The position numbers and the translations under genes are program-made. Below the pieces are notes generated by a model. That model was not told the DNA's origin. It saw only the letters and a program-made list of their open reading frames with translations, and ran no database searches. From Escherichia coli (GTDB lineage Bacteria; Pseudomonadota; Gammaproteobacteria; Enterobacterales; Enterobacteriaceae), in NCBI RefSeq assembly GCF_003018235.1, contig NZ_CP027437.1: 64,000 nucleotides of DNA; one strand, 5' to 3'. This document shows, piece by piece, positions 8,751 to 17,920 of the stretch; the first letter of the stretch is position 1; each line of letters starts with the position of its first letter.

Positions 8751-9923
8751 TTACTGCTTCAGAGTAGCGAACGCTTGAATGATGGCATCAATTTGCTCAC
8801 GACTGTGGGCAGCGTTTACGCTACAGCGCAGCAGCGTGATGCCTGCAGGCGCGGCAGGTGGCAGGATAAGATTCACATAAACGCCCAGCGAAATAAGCTC
8901 GCGCCAGATGCGTAAACCTTCCTCTTTCGAACCGATTATTACTGGCACTACCGGGCTAATATGTGAACTTAACTCATAATCCAGTTTTTGCAGACCGTCA
9001 TACAGATGGTTGGCATTATCCATCAGCTTTTGCCGCAACTCTGGTTGTGAGACAATGGTTCTTAACGACGAGCGCACGGTCGCAATGCAGGACGGAGAAG
9101 GAGAGGCGGTAAAAATATACGGGCGGCTGCCGTAGCGCAACACTTCCATCGCTTCCGAACCGACAGCAAAACCGCCAATCGAGGCCAGGCTTTTACTGAA
9201 GGTACCAACGATAATATCCACATCATCTTCAACGCCAACGGCTTCAGCCAGTCCGCGCCCCGTTGCGCCTAACACGCCAAACGAATGCGCTTCATCGACA
9301 ATCAAATAACCACCGAGACGACGTTTGATATCAACAATTTCCGCCAGCGGCGCAACGTCACCGAGCATACTGTAGATGCCTTCAACGATGATAATCGCCT
9401 CTTTTGCCCGTTCACCGAGGCGAACCATGCGCCGTTCCAGATCTTTAGCATCGTTATGGCGGAAACGAATAATTTCCGCGCCACCGAGAGAACAGGCGTC
9501 ATAAATACTGGCGTGGCTGTCGGCATCCAGTAACACCACGGCGTTATGGTCGGCAAGTGCGCTGATGACGCCTAAATTAGCGGTATAACCGGTTGAAAAA
9601 ACGATAGCGGTAGGGCGATTAAAAAACTCGGCGATCTCTTTCTCTAACGCCAGATGCGGCGCATAACTGCCGTTTGCCATACGAGAACCGGTGGTGCCGG
9701 TGCCTTGGGCCGCTAACGCTGCCTGACCTTCGGCGATGGCATCATGATTAAAGGTTAAACCGAGATAATTATTGGTCCCGGCCAGAATCACTTTTTTATT
9801 GCCGATCCGACCTTCGGTGGCGGAATACACTTCATCAATACAGGTGCCAAACGGTGTTAACCCGTTGTCACTAAATTGCAGTCGCTCGCCAGCAAGGCGC
9901 GCATATTTATCGTATAGCCCCAT
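8751..9923 (-). CDS. PLP-dependent alpha-oxoamine synthase, serine-palmitoyltransferase-like (Spt/Kbl/BioF family)
   Basis: 390-aa ORF with the PLP-lysine motif GTFSKSLASIGGF and DEAHSFG, as in serine palmitoyltransferase and 8-amino-7-oxononanoate synthase. Confidence 0.8.
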   Translation of the reverse strand: MGLYDKYARLAGERLQFSDNGLTPFGTCIDEVYSATEGRIGNKKVILAGTNNYLGLTFNHDAIAEGQAALAAQGTGTTGSRMANGSYAPHLALEKEIAEFFNRPTAIVFSTGYTANLGVISALADHNAVVLLDADSHASIYDACSLGGAEIIRFRHNDAKDLERRMVRLGERAKEAIIIVEGIYSMLGDVAPLAEIVDIKRRLGGYLIVDEAHSFGVLGATGRGLAEAVGVEDDVDIIVGTFSKSLASIGGFAVGSEAMEVLRYGSRPYIFTASPSPSCIATVRSSLRTIVSQPELRQKLMDNANHLYDGLQKLDYELSSHISPVVPVIIGSKEEGLRIWRELISLGVYVNLILPPAAPAGITLLRCSVNAAHSREQIDAIIQAFATLKQ

Positions 9924-10171
9924 TATTTATTCTCCAGCCATGGAAGTAGTGTTTCCATTAATTGCGCAGGGGTTTTGACATCCAGCAGAATATTAATAGG
10001 AATGGAAATATCGAATCTGTCTTCCAGCATCATTAAGAGATCCATCACTTTGATCGACTCCAGGCCAAGATCGTTGACGAGATCGCTGTCGGGCTTAATT
10101 TCCACACCGTTTTCGACCAAATCCTGTAAACAGGAAAGGATGTAATCCATTACTATTTCACGATTTACCAT
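9923..10171 (-). CDS. Acyl carrier protein
   Basis: 82-aa acidic ORF with phosphopantetheine-attachment motif DLGLESIKVMDL; its stop overlaps the Spt start (TAATG). Confidence 0.75.
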   Translation of the reverse strand: MVNREIVMDYILSCLQDLVENGVEIKPDSDLVNDLGLESIKVMDLLMMLEDRFDISIPINILLDVKTPAQLMETLLPWLENK

Positions 10172-10202
10172 AGAAACGTTAACACACCTTTAAACAAGAC
10201 AA

Positions 10203-11117
10203 TCAAAATAGCCCGTTGCGTAATGCGTGTTCCAGGCTAATCCCGGGAAACCAATTAATATCTTCAGAAATACGGTTATTACTTGCCGACCAGTCGGCAT
10301 GAGTTAATTCACGGATTTTCGAACGAGTCAGCATCGGTTCTTTACCCGCCAGACGGCTCAACGCGGTACTGATATCCGCAAGGCAGGTGAGTAGCGGCAG
10401 AGGAATACCGACCATCCGCACGGAACCGCAACGGGCGTCGGCGGCAAGCTGTCTTACGCGTTGCCAGTCATAGCCTCCGGCGACGCCATCGCATAATTCA
10501 TAGGTTTGCGTCTGTACAGTTTCGGCGCTTAACCACTGACCCACTGCTTGCGCAAAATCGGTGACGTGAAGAAAAGAGAGCTGTGTCTCTGGCGTGCCAA
10601 GTCGTGGCAGCAGGCCGCGCAGCATCCAGTCAAACAGCGGTTTTAACTCTTTATCGCCGGGACCATACACGGCTGTCGGGCGAAAAACGCCCAGCGTAAT
10701 TTCATCAGCCATTGCAGTCAGCCGTTGTTCGGCGACGTGTTTGGAATTTGCGTACCAGGAGAGTTCGGGATGGCGCGCCGCCAGCGAAGAGATAAACAGA
10801 AAACGTTGGCAAAAGCCGCTCTCTTTTGCCGCTTGCATCAGGCGCAGGCTGCCGTCAACGTTACAGCGGGTAAAAATCTCTTCTTTGTGTCCGCGCACTT
10901 GTCCGGCGCAATGGACCACCGCGCTGGCTCCGGCAACCAGTTCGCTAAGCGAATGTGTATCTTCCAGCGAACCGCGCACCCAGATGAGATTATCATTGAC
11001 GTGAGCGCGGGCAGTACGCGTCAATGCGCGAACGTGAAAGCCGCGGGCGAGCAGGTTATCGATAATATATTTACCGATAAACCCGGTAGCGCCCGTCACC
11101 GCGACAGTTTGATTCAT
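10203..11117 (-). CDS. NAD(P)-dependent epimerase/dehydratase-family (extended SDR) reductase, CerR-like
   Basis: 304-aa ORF with N-terminal Rossmann motif VTGATGFIG and catalytic YxxxK (YANSK). Confidence 0.75.
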   Translation of the reverse strand: MNQTVAVTGATGFIGKYIIDNLLARGFHVRALTRTARAHVNDNLIWVRGSLEDTHSLSELVAGASAVVHCAGQVRGHKEEIFTRCNVDGSLRLMQAAKESGFCQRFLFISSLAARHPELSWYANSKHVAEQRLTAMADEITLGVFRPTAVYGPGDKELKPLFDWMLRGLLPRLGTPETQLSFLHVTDFAQAVGQWLSAETVQTQTYELCDGVAGGYDWQRVRQLAADARCGSVRMVGIPLPLLTCLADISTALSRLAGKEPMLTRSKIRELTHADWSASNNRISEDINWFPGISLEHALRNGLF

Positions 11118-12823
11118 GCCAGGGATTCCTGCACATGAAGGCTTGCAGCATAACGTTTTTTCGCTTCCGCACGGGCAGGCTTGCCGGAGGACGTTCGGGG
11201 AATACTGTGGGGCGGCAACAGATCGATAGCCGCTGTTACGCCAAATTCGCTTTGGATCCGTGCTACCAGTGCGTGGATAAGCTGCCCACGACGTTCTTCG
11301 TCGCTGATCCTACACTGGATCTGCAGAATGATTTTTTCCTGGGCGGTAACAAAAGCAATCGCATCGCCAGAATGAATTTCCGGTTCCTGTTCCGCAATAT
11401 ATTCAATATCCTGCGGCCAGATATTACGGCCACGAATAATAATCAGATCTTTAATGCGTCCGGTGACATACAGATAACCGTCCAGCAGATAACCGAGGTC
11501 GCCGGTGTCTAACCAGCCCGTCGCGGCAATCTCGTCTTGTGAAATCTGGTCGCCAAAGTAACCGCTCATCAGGCTAGGGCCGGAGATGCAAATATGGCCT
11601 ACCACACGTTCCGCGACAGGTATACCTGCTTCATTGCGGATTTCAATGCCATGTTCCGGCAACGCTTTACCGCAGTTGACGAAAGTCGATACGGCGCGTG
11701 TTTCAGCATCCGGCGCGACGGCTTTGCCCTGATATTCGAGGATGTCGCGATCCACTTCGTTAACCACAACCCCGGAAGCTTCATCAGAGAAGCTGACAGC
11801 CAGCGCATTTTCTGCCAGTCCGTAGCACGGCATGAAAGTTTTATCGTCAAAGTTGACCTGACGGAAACATTCAGCGAATTGATGGAGTTGTTCTGCGGAG
11901 ATGGGTTCTGCACCAATACCAGCGACGCGCCAGCAGGAAAGATCCAGTTCAGCGAGATCTTTTTCATTCACGCGGCGCTGGCACAATTCATAGCCAAACG
12001 GCGGCGCAACGGAAACGGTGCCGCGATTTTTACTGATCAATTTAAGCCATTGCAGAGGACGCATGGCAAAATCCTGAGTGCGCAAATAATCTACTGAAAG
12101 CTGCGTGGCGACGGGGGGCAGGAGAAAGCCGACCAGTCCCATATCATGGTAGAAAGGCAGCCAGGAGACGCAGCGGTCGCCAGGGCGTAATTTAATGCCA
12201 TCGTGGCTTATAGCACGTAGATTAGCCATCACTTCGCGATGGGTGATAATGACGCCACGGGGAAAACGGGTGCTGCCGGAGGTGTACTGGAGGTAGGCGA
12301 TATCGTTCGGAACTGGACGCTGGAGCGCAACATCGGCTTCCGGTAATGCCTTAAACCAGGCGTGGCTTAAAACATGTAATTCGGGGTTGTTATGCGTAGC
12401 GGCATTGACCAGTGGCAACCACTCATCACCAGTGATAATGGCTGCGGGCTGGCAACTTGCCAGTAAACCCTGCAGTTTGGCGCTCCAGGAATCCCGCTGA
12501 CCGACGCCCATTGGAATCGCCAACGGGACGGCGACTAAGCCGGCATACTGGCAGGAAAAAAAAGCCTCTACGAACCCGCTACTGGTTTCGGCAATCAGCG
12601 CCACGCGATCGCCTTTTTTCAGGTTCAGCGATAACAACCGCTTCGCACCAGCTTCGGCACGCGCTTTTAACGTCTGATATTCCAGTTGATCTTCAAGTTG
12701 GCAACGTCTGTCATAAAAATTCATTCCGGCGCTACTCAGAGCGGCGTAGTCCAAAGCATCAACCAGCGTTGGAAAATCGGCATAGCGCATAGGTAGGGAA
12801 TGCGTAAAGATTTTATTAGACAT
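11114..12823 (-). CDS. Fatty-acyl-AMP ligase / acyl-ACP synthetase (AMP-binding superfamily)
   Basis: Adenylation motifs YTSGSTRFPRGV and TGDLGY...GRIKDLIIIRGRNI; stop overlaps the reductase start (ATGA). Start taken at the ATG for MSNKIF; the ORF track extends to 12850 on a TTG. Confidence 0.8.
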   Translation of the reverse strand: MSNKIFTHSLPMRYADFPTLVDALDYAALSSAGMNFYDRRCQLEDQLEYQTLKARAEAGAKRLLSLNLKKGDRVALIAETSSGFVEAFFSCQYAGLVAVPLAIPMGVGQRDSWSAKLQGLLASCQPAAIITGDEWLPLVNAATHNNPELHVLSHAWFKALPEADVALQRPVPNDIAYLQYTSGSTRFPRGVIITHREVMANLRAISHDGIKLRPGDRCVSWLPFYHDMGLVGFLLPPVATQLSVDYLRTQDFAMRPLQWLKLISKNRGTVSVAPPFGYELCQRRVNEKDLAELDLSCWRVAGIGAEPISAEQLHQFAECFRQVNFDDKTFMPCYGLAENALAVSFSDEASGVVVNEVDRDILEYQGKAVAPDAETRAVSTFVNCGKALPEHGIEIRNEAGIPVAERVVGHICISGPSLMSGYFGDQISQDEIAATGWLDTGDLGYLLDGYLYVTGRIKDLIIIRGRNIWPQDIEYIAEQEPEIHSGDAIAFVTAQEKIILQIQCRISDEERRGQLIHALVARIQSEFGVTAAIDLLPPHSIPRTSSGKPARAEAKKRYAASLHVQESLA

Positions 12824-13194
12824 ATACACCACGAAAAAATTGGATATCAAAAATAAAATGACAATAATGCGGTGGATTATATAGGCATAAAAGATAAATG
12901 AGATAGTATTTTCATCAGTGTGAAAATGAACATTGATTTAAATAATGAGTTTGAGTTTTTTTGTTTTTATTGTGAATGATATTTAATTTATGAATGTATT
13001 AAGAAGAAGCCTTGTCCGGTCGCCTTAAATCGACAAAAGGCATTGTGGCGCTTCTGTGTAGTCTCTGACCTTATCGTAATCATTAATAAATGCTATTTAT
13101 TCGTCGTTTGTATTCATTGGGTTGATTATTAAGGTGCCGTTCGTTGCTGTTGCAACCTGTTTGTCACCGTTAATTATTTGTTACCCACAGAACT
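12824..13194. promoter_or_regulatory. AT-rich divergent control region between the lipid operon (-) and yghO (+)
   Basis: ~370 bp of visibly AT-rich non-coding DNA with A/T tracts between two divergently oriented starts; typical of divergent promoters and H-NS-bound regions. No specific site identified. Confidence 0.45.
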
Positions 13195-14337
13195 ATGGAA
13201 TGCGATCTGCTGATGATTAAAATTGAAAAAGTAATTAATAAAAATGACCTTAAGGCATTTATCGCTTTTCCGTCATCACTTTATCCCGACGATCCAAACT
13301 GGATACCCCCTTTATTCATTGAACGCAACGAGCATTTGTCTGCGAAAAATCCGGGGACGGACCATATCATCTGGCAGGCGTGGGTGGCAAAAAAAGCCGG
13401 GCAGATAGTTGGGCGAATTACCGCGCAAATCGATACCTTGCACCGTGAGCGTTACGGTGAAGATACCGGTCATTTCGGCATGATTGACGCCATTGATGAT
13501 CCGCAGGTTTTTGCCGCGTTGTTTGGCGCAGCGGAAGCGTGGTTGAAGTCACAAGGAGCAAGTAAGATCAGCGGGCCTTTCAGCCTGAATATCAATCAGG
13601 AAAGCGGATTACTGATTGAAGGTTTCGATACACCACCCTGTGCGATGATGCCGCACGGTAAACCGTGGTATGCCGCGCATATTGAACAATTGGGTTATCA
13701 CAAAGGCATTGATTTACTGGCGTGGTGGATGCAGCGAACCGATCTCACTTTCTCTCCGGCGCTAAAAAAACTGATGGATCAGGTGCGTAAGAAGGTGACC
13801 ATTCGCTGCATCAATCGCCAGCGGTTTGCCGAAGAGATGCAGATCCTGCGTGAGATTTTCAACTCTGGCTGGCAGCACAACTGGGGATTTGTGCCGTTTA
13901 CCGAACATGAATTCGCGACCATGGGCGATCAACTTAAATATCTGGTGCCGGACGATATGATCTACATCGCTGAGATTGATTCTGCACCCTGCGCGTTTAT
14001 TGTCGGCTTGCCAAACATCAACGAGGCGATTGCCGATCTGAACGGATCGCTCTTTCCCTTCGGCTGGGCAAAATTGCTGTGGCGTTTAAAAGTCAGCGGT
14101 GTGCGAACTGCGCGAGTACCGCTGATGGGCGTGCGGGACGAGTATCAGTTTAGCCGCATCGGCCCGGTGATTGCGCTGTTATTGATTGAAGCCTTACGCG
14201 ATCCGTTTGCCCGCCGGAAGATCGATGCGCTGGAAATGTCATGGATCCTCGAAACCAATACAGGCATGAATAACATGCTGGAACGCATTGGGGCGGAGCC
14301 GTACAAGCGTTACCGATTGTATGAAAAGCAGATTTAA
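13195..14337 (+). CDS. yghO: YghO, candidate N-acyltransferase (possibly GNAT-like), intact here
   Basis: 380-aa ORF next to glcC, which is where yghO sits in E. coli. The acyltransferase assignment is from recollection of annotation and context, not from a motif I can verify. Start could be M7 (MIKIEKV). Confidence 0.65.
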   Translation: MECDLLMIKIEKVINKNDLKAFIAFPSSLYPDDPNWIPPLFIERNEHLSAKNPGTDHIIWQAWVAKKAGQIVGRITAQIDTLHRERYGEDTGHFGMIDAIDDPQVFAALFGAAEAWLKSQGASKISGPFSLNINQESGLLIEGFDTPPCAMMPHGKPWYAAHIEQLGYHKGIDLLAWWMQRTDLTFSPALKKLMDQVRKKVTIRCINRQRFAEEMQILREIFNSGWQHNWGFVPFTEHEFATMGDQLKYLVPDDMIYIAEIDSAPCAFIVGLPNINEAIADLNGSLFPFGWAKLLWRLKVSGVRTARVPLMGVRDEYQFSRIGPVIALLLIEALRDPFARRKIDALEMSWILETNTGMNNMLERIGAEPYKRYRLYEKQI

Positions 14338-14343
14338 TACCAG

Positions 14344-15108
14344 CTAACTCTGGTTCATCTCCAGCGGCACCGCCGAGCGAATCAAATGGTGGCCTTCCAG
14401 CTCGATATCGTGGAGATTCTTTTTCACGGTCCGCACATGATCGCGTGCTGCGCGCTGGGCGACGTGCGGCAGCCGCTGCAACACCGCGTTGTAGATCCGC
14501 GCATGCTGGCGATCGATCTGCTTTTTTTGCTGTGGTCGATGGTAGAGATTATTTACGCTGGCAAACACTGAATTAAACATCAGGTCGGTCAATGATTGCA
14601 GTGTAAACACCAACACCTGATTGTGAGAAGCCTGACAAATGGCGAGATGGAAAGCGTGATCCAACTGCGCATGTTCGATCAGCGAAATCTCTTTGTTGTT
14701 CTCACTGGCGGCGAGCATTTTTTCATAACAGCGGGTTATCACAACAAAATCAGCCTGCGTTCCCAGCGTTGCCGCCAGCCTTGCCGATTCGCCCTCCAGC
14801 AATGCGCGAACGTCGAGCAGATCATACAGCGTTCGCGGCTGCGTACTGAACAGATGGATCAGCGGGCTGGTGTCCTGCACCCGATTAAGCCGTGCGACAC
14901 GAGAATCGCGACCCTGCGCCGTTTCAATAATCCCGCGCCCGCGCAGCACGGTCAGCCCTTCACGCAGTGCGGAGCGTGAGAAGCCGAGCTTTTCACACAG
15001 TCGACGTTCCGAGGGAAGCGGCTGACCGACCTTCAGTACGCCGTCGATAATTAACCGTTCGATACTCTCTGCAACCACTTCGCAAATAGGGCGACGTTCA
15101 TCTTTCAT
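14344..15108 (-). CDS. glcC: GntR-family transcriptional activator of the glycolate operon
   Basis: 254 aa from MKDERRPICEVVAES; N-terminal GntR-type HTH; divergent from glcD. Confidence 0.9.
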   Translation of the reverse strand: MKDERRPICEVVAESIERLIIDGVLKVGQPLPSERRLCEKLGFSRSALREGLTVLRGRGIIETAQGRDSRVARLNRVQDTSPLIHLFSTQPRTLYDLLDVRALLEGESARLAATLGTQADFVVITRCYEKMLAASENNKEISLIEHAQLDHAFHLAICQASHNQVLVFTLQSLTDLMFNSVFASVNNLYHRPQQKKQIDRQHARIYNAVLQRLPHVAQRAARDHVRTVKKNLHDIELEGHHLIRSAVPLEMNQS

Positions 15109-15358
15109 TCCCGGACCTCGTGCACAGGTAGGACCAATTTTTCTGTTCTTGACTCGCAAAACACGCACATCACGTAAGTGATTATGTTACATCAATTTAA
15201 CATTAAGTTAACCAAGACAAGGTCACAGAGCTGGAAAAAAAATGGTCTGACCGGTAGCTAAAGAGATAGACGAAAACGAAAAGCCCGCTTAATAACTGTT
15301 CACAGAAGCAGCGCGCAAAAATCAGCTGCCACACAACACAACAAAGCGAAGCCTACTC
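15109..15358. promoter_or_regulatory. glcC-glcD divergent promoter region
   Basis: 250-bp intergenic region between divergent starts; the known architecture of the glc locus. Individual binding sites not mapped. Confidence 0.5.
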
Positions 15359-16858
15359 ATGAGCATCTTGTACGAAGAGCGTCTTGATGGCGCTTTACCC
15401 GATGTCGACCGCACATCGGTACTGATGGCACTGCGTGAGCATGTCCCTGGACTGGAGATCCTGCATACCGATGAGGAGATCATTCCTTACGAGTGTGACG
15501 GGTTGAGCGCGTATCGCACGCGTCCATTACTGGTTGTTCTGCCTAAGCAAATGGAACAGGTGACAGCGATTCTGGCTGTTTGTCACCGCCTGCGTGTACC
15601 GGTGGTGACCCGTGGTGCAGGCACCGGGCTTTCTGGTGGCGCGCTGCCGCTGGAAAAAGGTGTGTTGTTGGTGATGGCGCGCTTTAAAGAGATCCTCGAC
15701 ATTAACCCCGTTGGTCGCCGCGCGCGCGCGCAGCCGGGCGTGCGTAACCTGGCGATCTCCCAGGCCGTTGCGCCGCATAATCTCTATTACGCGCCGGATC
15801 CTTCCTCACAAATCGCCTGTTCAATTGGCGGCAATGTGGCGGAAAATGCCGGTGGCGTCCACTGCCTGAAATATGGTCTGACCGTACATAACCTGCTGAA
15901 AATTGAAGTGCAAACGCTGGACGGCGAGGCGCTGACGCTGGGATCGGACGCGCTGGATTCGCCTGGTTTTGACCTGCTGGCGCTGTTCACCGGATCGGAA
16001 GGTATGCTCGGCGTGACCACCGAAGTAACGGTGAAGCTGTTGCCGAAGCCGCCCGTGGCGCGGGTTCTGTTAGCCAGCTTTGACTCGGTAGAAAAAGCCG
16101 GACTTGCAGTTGGTGACATCATCGCCAATGGCATTATCCCCGGCGGGCTGGAGATGATGGATAACCTGTCGATCCGCGCGGCGGAAGATTTTATTCATGC
16201 CGGTTATCCCGTCGACGCCGAAGCGATTTTGTTATGCGAGCTGGACGGCGTGGAGTCTGACGTACAGGAAGACTGCGAGCGGGTTAACGACATCTTGTTA
16301 AAAGCGGGCGCGACTGACGTCCGTCTGGCACAGGACGAAGCAGAGCGCGTACGTTTCTGGGCCGGTCGCAAAAATGCGTTCCCTGCGGTAGGACGAATCT
16401 CCCCGGATTACTACTGCATGGATGGCACCATCCCGCGCCGTGCCCTGCCTGGCGTACTGGAAGGCATTGCCCGTTTATCGCAGCAATATGATTTACGTGT
16501 TGCTAACGTCTTTCATGCCGGAGACGGCAACATGCACCCGTTAATCCTTTTCGATGCCAACGAACCCGGTGAATTTGCCCGCGCGGAAGAGCTGGGCGGG
16601 AAGATCCTCGAACTCTGCGTTGAAGTTGGCGGCAGCATCAGTGGGGAACATGGCATCGGGCGAGAAAAAATCAATCAAATGTGCGCCCAGTTCAACAGCG
16701 ATGAAATCACGACCTTCCATGCGGTCAAGGCGGCGTTTGACCCCGATGGTTTGCTGAACCCTGGGAAAAACATTCCCACGCTACACCGCTGTGCTGAATT
16801 TGGTGCCATGCATGTGCATCACGGTCATTTACCTTTCCCTGAACTGGAGCGTTTCTGA
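15359..16858 (+). CDS. glcD: Glycolate oxidase FAD-binding subunit
   Basis: 499-aa ORF, FAD-binding PCMH-type oxidase; first gene of the glcDEFGBA order. Confidence 0.9.
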   Translation: MSILYEERLDGALPDVDRTSVLMALREHVPGLEILHTDEEIIPYECDGLSAYRTRPLLVVLPKQMEQVTAILAVCHRLRVPVVTRGAGTGLSGGALPLEKGVLLVMARFKEILDINPVGRRARAQPGVRNLAISQAVAPHNLYYAPDPSSQIACSIGGNVAENAGGVHCLKYGLTVHNLLKIEVQTLDGEALTLGSDALDSPGFDLLALFTGSEGMLGVTTEVTVKLLPKPPVARVLLASFDSVEKAGLAVGDIIANGIIPGGLEMMDNLSIRAAEDFIHAGYPVDAEAILLCELDGVESDVQEDCERVNDILLKAGATDVRLAQDEAERVRFWAGRKNAFPAVGRISPDYYCMDGTIPRRALPGVLEGIARLSQQYDLRVANVFHAGDGNMHPLILFDANEPGEFARAEELGGKILELCVEVGGSISGEHGIGREKINQMCAQFNSDEITTFHAVKAAFDPDGLLNPGKNIPTLHRCAEFGAMHVHHGHLPFPELERF

Positions 16859-17910
16859 TGCTACGCGAGTGTGATTACAGCCAGGCGCTGCTGGAGCAGG
16901 TGAATCAGGCGATTAGCGATAAAACGCCGCTGGTGATTCAGGGCAGCAATAGCAAAGCCTTTTTAGGTCGTCCTGTCACCGGGCAAACGCTGGATGTGCG
17001 TTGTCATCGCGGCATTGTTAATTACGACCCGACCGAGCTGGTGATAACCGCTCGTGCCGGAACGCCGCTGGTGGCGATTGAAGCGGCGCTGGAGAGCGCC
17101 GGGCAAATGCTCCCCTGCGAGCCGCCACATTATGGTGAAGAAGCCACCTGGGGCGGGATGGTCGCCTGCGGGCTGGCGGGGCCGCGTCGCCCGTGGAGCG
17201 GTTCGATCCGCGATTTTGTCCTCGGCACGCGCATCATTACCGGCACTGGAAAACATCTGCGTTTTGGTGGCGAAGTGATGAAAAACGTTGCTGGATACGA
17301 CCTCTCACGGTTAATGGCCGGAAGCTACGGTTGTCTGGGTGTGCTCACTGAAATCTCGATGAAAGTGTTACCGCTACCACGCGCCACCCTGAGTCTGCGT
17401 CGGGAAATCAGCCTGCAAGAAGCCATGAATGAAATCGCCCAGTGGCAACTCCAACCATTACCCATTAGTGGCTTATGTTACTTCGACAATGCGTTGTGGA
17501 TCCGCCTTGAGGGCGGCGAAGGATCGGTAAAAGCAGCGCGTGAACTGCTGGGGGGCGAAGAGGTTGCGGGTCAGTTCTGGCAGCAATTGCGTGAACAACA
17601 ACTGTCGTTCTTCTCGTTACCAGGTACCTTATGGCGCATTTCCTTACCCAGCGATGCGCCGATGATAGTTTTACCCGGCGAGCAACTGATCGACTGGGGC
17701 GGGGCGCTACGCTGGCTGAAATCGACAGCCGAGGACAATCAAATCCATCGCATCGCCCGCAACGCTGGCGGTCATGCGACCCGCTTTAGTGCCGGAGATG
17801 GTGGTTTTGCCCCGCTACCGGCTCCTTTATTCCGCTATCACCAGCAGCTTAAACAGCAGCTCGACCCTTGCGGCGTGTTTAATCCCGGTCGCATGTACGC
17901 GGAGCTTTAA
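16858..17910 (+). CDS. glcE: Glycolate oxidase FAD-binding subunit GlcE
   Basis: 350-aa ORF, start overlaps the glcD stop; position in the operon. Confidence 0.9.
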   Translation: MLRECDYSQALLEQVNQAISDKTPLVIQGSNSKAFLGRPVTGQTLDVRCHRGIVNYDPTELVITARAGTPLVAIEAALESAGQMLPCEPPHYGEEATWGGMVACGLAGPRRPWSGSIRDFVLGTRIITGTGKHLRFGGEVMKNVAGYDLSRLMAGSYGCLGVLTEISMKVLPLPRATLSLRREISLQEAMNEIAQWQLQPLPISGLCYFDNALWIRLEGGEGSVKAARELLGGEEVAGQFWQQLREQQLSFFSLPGTLWRISLPSDAPMIVLPGEQLIDWGGALRWLKSTAEDNQIHRIARNAGGHATRFSAGDGGFAPLPAPLFRYHQQLKQQLDPCGVFNPGRMYAEL

Positions 17911-17920
17911 GGAGCAGGCT

